21,697 nt of DNA from Pseudomonadota bacterium. GTDB lineage: Bacteria; Pseudomonadota; Alphaproteobacteria; Paracaedibacterales; CAIOTO01. Each line of letters starts with the position of its first letter. Within the stretch, counting starts at the first letter, position 1. The translations under genes were made by a program, and so were the position numbers. Below are positions 18,394-21,697 of the stretch, in pieces. The DNA is taken from assembly GCA_040387495.1 (NCBI GenBank), contig JAZKDQ010000004.1, positions 62,001 to 83,697 on the forward strand, read 5' to 3'. The notes under the pieces are model-generated. The model worked only from the letters and a program-made list of their open reading frames with translations, made no database searches and was not told where the DNA came from.

Positions 18394-19110
18394 CTACTTT
18401 TTATTATATTTTTGGGCTTCAAGTTTTTGCTTAAAAAAATCAACGTTACGAGCGCGCATTTGTTCACGGGTCAAAGGTGACGGGGTATTAAGGCTACGGC
18501 GACTATAATCATCTTCGCATGACATTAAGCCTCCCTCTTTATCCTCTGCCATTTCAGGAAAGCGTATACGATCAAACGTGAATACCTCTTGATATTCTCT
18601 ATCTTGAATGTCACGCATAACGCGATATTCCTTATTCTCTTGCTCACGTGCTATACGGTATTCATCCGGAATTCGGGTCAGTTCCAGCGAAAAAAACTGC
18701 TCATCATCTTTAAGAAAATCATAGATGACCGAAATCAGTCCCATCTCTGGATATATATACACCCCTTCGGGCCTAACGGGGCCGGAACTCAGAGCATATT
18801 CATGCCTATTCCCAATAAATTCTAAAAATTTATCATAATCCGAAACATTCCACACCTGCTCTAAGGCATCGGTATACGTGCCGGGCACCGCAGCGTCTAT
18901 AATCCATGAAATAAAATTGCTTAATGGCTGAGGCAGGGGCGTCAAATGCTCGTGCTCAACTTGACTTTTTTCAACTGGCTCAAGTAGGAAAAGTGAATGC
19001 TGCACAGTGCATGCTGTTGCTGCGCCATCGTCTGATATTTGCTCGCAGTCCATCGCCATAACTGCAGGTGTAATTAATGCGAATATTAACAATTTTAATT
19101 TTCTAATCAT
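18394..19110 (-). CDS. Hypothetical secreted acidic protein
   Basis: AAGGA RBS, signal MIRKLKLLIFALITPAVMA|MD; no family recognised. Confidence 0.72.
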   Translation of the reverse strand: MIRKLKLLIFALITPAVMAMDCEQISDDGAATACTVQHSLFLLEPVEKSQVEHEHLTPLPQPLSNFISWIIDAAVPGTYTDALEQVWNVSDYDKFLEFIGNRHEYALSSGPVRPEGVYIYPEMGLISVIYDFLKDDEQFFSLELTRIPDEYRIAREQENKEYRVMRDIQDREYQEVFTFDRIRFPEMAEDKEGGLMSCEDDYSRRSLNTPSPLTREQMRARNVDFFKQKLEAQKYNKK

Positions 19111-19230
19111 TAAGAAATCCTTTTATCTAGTTCATTCGAATAAAACGGGATAATAAAGGAGCTCTTAATTTGAATATTACTATTTAATTACTAATAATTT
19201 ATTAAATAAAAATTAAAAAAGTAAAAATAT

Positions 19231-19764
19231 TCACCGACCCTGAGAAACCATGGCAGCCACCGTAGAGTCTTTTTCCTTACTTCCGCGGGATGACGCAAAT
19301 TCAAATGCATACGCATCCTTCAAACATGCACCAAAAATGCCCGCGATGGTCGAGATAATCCCAACGGCTTCGCCTGGCAAATGATCTTTAAAATAAGCAA
19401 GCGATGCCAAACACATAATCATTCCTACCGCTGCTGCGATCACCATAATATCTGCCCTAAAATTACGATGACCCGCCTGCGCTAACAGCACATCACGGTC
19501 GCGCGCACCTTGTCGATCTTTTAAGTAAGCTAACGCACGTTCGGTCTCCATCGATAACATGTCTTTTTGAAAATGAATCAGCGCGGTAGGATCAACACGC
19601 AAATGCTGCATCAATTCTGCCGGGTCCTCTTTCCCCGTAATACGCCGTGCAGAATTCATCACATCCGCCGCTACTTTCTCCGCATCATCACCCGATAACC
19701 ACCGCACAATCGCCGGTGCAAATTCAGCCAACCCCATGGCGGCCGCTATAAATGGAAATGCCAT
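19231..19764 (-). CDS. Phage-type membrane protein, putative 3TM/GTA-release holin-like
   Basis: Amphipathic N-terminus (LAEFAPAIVRWLSG), AYLKDRQGARDRD motif, two C-terminal TM helices ending FEFASSRGSKEK; near a cell-wall hydrolase; AAAGGA RBS. Confidence 0.6.
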   Translation of the reverse strand: MAFPFIAAAMGLAEFAPAIVRWLSGDDAEKVAADVMNSARRITGKEDPAELMQHLRVDPTALIHFQKDMLSMETERALAYLKDRQGARDRDVLLAQAGHRNFRADIMVIAAAVGMIMCLASLAYFKDHLPGEAVGIISTIAGIFGACLKDAYAFEFASSRGSKEKDSTVAAMVSQGR

Positions 19765-19797
19765 TTTGATTCCTTTCTTACATTTGATACTCCAAGT

Positions 19798-19827
19798 AAA
19801 AAGAGCGATCCATTTCTGAATCGCTCT
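19798..19827 (-). terminator. Rho-independent terminator after the protease pseudogene
   Basis: Minus strand AGAGCGATT...GATCGCTCT followed by a T-run. Confidence 0.7.
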
Positions 19828-19854
19828 AATCTTCGTATATACACTAAATTTATT

Positions 19855-20702
19855 TTAAATAATATTTGACTTTAACCAATCTAAATGCGGATAAATTGGT
19901 ATCCATTGATCCTCCATATGCACCACTCTTCCTTCCAACTCAAATCCTTCTACACCATGGAAAATACCCTCAACATAAAGTGTCTTTTCCTTTATTTTAC
20001 CTAATAAAAATGGTGAACCACTGTCTCCTTCGACTGCAATCGCCTGATGCAATCCATCTTCTTTTAAGCTTTGAAAACCTCGTGGCCAGTTCTTCTCACA
20101 CCATGTTGGTATGATTGATTTTCTTAAATAACTATCATCAACACTAGTTAGCTTTACCGTTCCAAAATGTCTAACCCGACTCGGCTGCTTAACTGGATCA
20201 CTATTTTTGCCATAGTAACCATAACCCACAATATATCCCTTTTGACCAACACACATTTCTGACTCATACAATTTAACAGGCTCTATTCTTTCAATAGGAG
20301 TCGATAATTTAATAAGTGCTAAATCTATACTCCATGGCAAAAGCCATATTCATCTGCACCATGCTCTGGATGATGGATAATATCTTTTTGCTTAAATGCT
20401 CTAAATGGTATTGTTGAACGAGATTCTACATCTTCTCCATTTTGATTAAAGTTAATTAATGATCCTGTTATCACTTCTCGGCCCGGACAAACACCATGAG
20501 CCGCAGTTAATACCATATTAGGCGAAACCAAAACACCTGTACCCCAATGCCCACCTCCATCAGCATAAGCTGTTGCTATTTGGCACACTTGATGAAAACT
20601 TTTTGCATGCTTTTTACTTCTTGCAATATCTAAATCTGTAATAATCGCAAAGGACGCAGTACAAGACAATAATAAAAAGAAAAATAAAATTCATTTATTC
20701 AT
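19855..20702 (-). pseudogene. Secreted trypsin-like (S1) serine protease, disrupted
   Basis: Triad split over two ORFs: LTAAHG, DLALIKL, GDSGSP; AGGA RBS then ATG 20702 MNK*ILFFFLLLSCTASFA with TGA at codon 4 (20691-20693); frameshift near 20325-20340. Confidence 0.88.
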
Positions 20703-20782
20703 TTGTATTCCTAACAATAAAATTCAGTTTATTATAAAATATTCATTTTTAGAATATTTCAAGTAAAAAAATATACCAGACT

Positions 20783-21228
20783 CTATTTCATGCTCGACAA
20801 TTTAAAAAATCGATGTTTTCCAATGCGCGCACGCTCATTTGCACCACAGACCATTTCGGGGGAAAGACCAAATCATTCGAATAATAATGATCTGCACCTT
20901 TTGTAAGATCAGGATATTGCTGCTCGATCACCGCCTTTGCCACGTCCAGACACTGTGCAAAAAGTGGGGTTTCATGTGTCACTGCCATAAGCCTTTCCCG
21001 GTTCGGATCATTTTCATTCCAGCACGAAAACTGATACGGTTTCAGGCACACATTACGAATGCTTTGCCCAAACCACGTCTTCTGATGCGCCCGATTCACA
21101 ATCACATTTCCAACCGCAATTAATGCCGCCAGGCCGCCATCGACGCGGCTATATTCACCCCGTGCCTCGCCATAAATGGTGCGCGCCATAATTTCGATAT
21201 CATCCATTGTTTCGATTTTATTTTGCAT
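20783..21228 (-). pseudogene. SleB/Hydrolase_2-family cell wall hydrolase with a C-terminal 1-nt frameshift (or a sequencing error)
   Basis: MARTIYGEARGE, AVGNVIVNR, YQFSCWN..DPN, DLTKGADHYY; the family C-terminal IGKHRFFKL motif lies in another frame ending TAG at 20783; ATG 21228 with AAGGA RBS. Confidence 0.8.
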
Positions 21229-21249
21229 GTATTGATCCTTCGTATAATA

Positions 21250-21283
21250 AAATACCACCCTTAGTTACCCAAGAGTGGCATTT
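21250..21283 (-). terminator. Hairpin, probable terminator of the upstream AT-rich gene
   Basis: Minus strand AAATGCCACTCTTG-GGTAAC-TAAGGGTGGTATTT followed by AT-rich sequence. Confidence 0.55.
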
Positions 21284-21304
21284 ACATTTTTATATGTGAT
21301 GAAT

Positions 21305-21697
21305 TTAAATAATATTATTTTGATTGTTGTTGTAACGCTTAATAAGTCGCTTCTCTAATTTATCCGCAACAGCTGGATAATTTGCATTCATAAATGCTTT
21401 TGCTTCATCAAATCGATCAATTAATTGAACTCGTGGTTTTACATTATGTGTCATATAGTTTCTATCTTTATACTGGTGAAAACCATCACCGAGATACAAA
21501 ACATCGCCGCCCTTCACCTCAAAATAAGAAAAATTTTTAATACCATTAAATGAATATAATATAGGATTAGTAGCAGATGGCTCTAAAAAGGAAACTTCAT
21601 TGAGCGTATAATGACCTGGTTCTAACATATAAATGTAATACTTTTTAACCTCAATTCGGGATTAAAAAATCAAACGAGATAGAAGGTTTTTTGGATT
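21305..21697 (-). pseudogene. C-terminal part of a hypothetical (possibly lipoprotein-like) protein with an apparent in-frame stop
   Basis: Frame reads NPKNLLSRLIF*SRIEVKKYYIYMLEPGHY...FEVKGGDVLYLGD...AKAFMNANYP; TAA at 21662-21664; no RBS before ATG 21628. Confidence 0.5.

Noticed and set aside
20691..20693. Stop-codon reassignment explaining the in-frame TGA/TAG/TAA
   Set aside because: Three different stops are involved, all three end normal genes here, and core genes have no internal stops

Overview
AT-rich alphaproteobacterial chromosomal segment. The tRNA-Leu(TAG)-tig-clpP-clpX order, the MFS-fused Aas and the many signal-peptide ORFans suggest a Holosporales/Rickettsiales-like protist symbiont (inference). 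Core genes are clpX (5' end), clpP, tig, tRNA-Leu, an AlkC-like repair protein, gmk, a PhzF-family protein, an alpha/beta hydrolase, proC, aas, a CREST/ceramidase-like protein and pgi. They alternate with single AT-rich accessory genes. Highlights: (1) a 42-aa secreted Thr-repeat peptide gene missing from the ORF track, with its own promoter, RBS and terminator; (2) an orphan PAS histidine kinase between an intact AlkC-like gene and a diverged, pseudogenised copy of its 3' end, whose boundary is an exact 17-bp repeat; (3) a holin-like plus SleB-type cell-wall hydrolase pair with no other phage genes in view, split by a trypsin-like protease pseudogene, within a run of three disrupted genes; (4) a possible lipid-salvage pair (CREST hydrolase plus LplT-Aas). 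All calls come from motif recognition; no searches were run.
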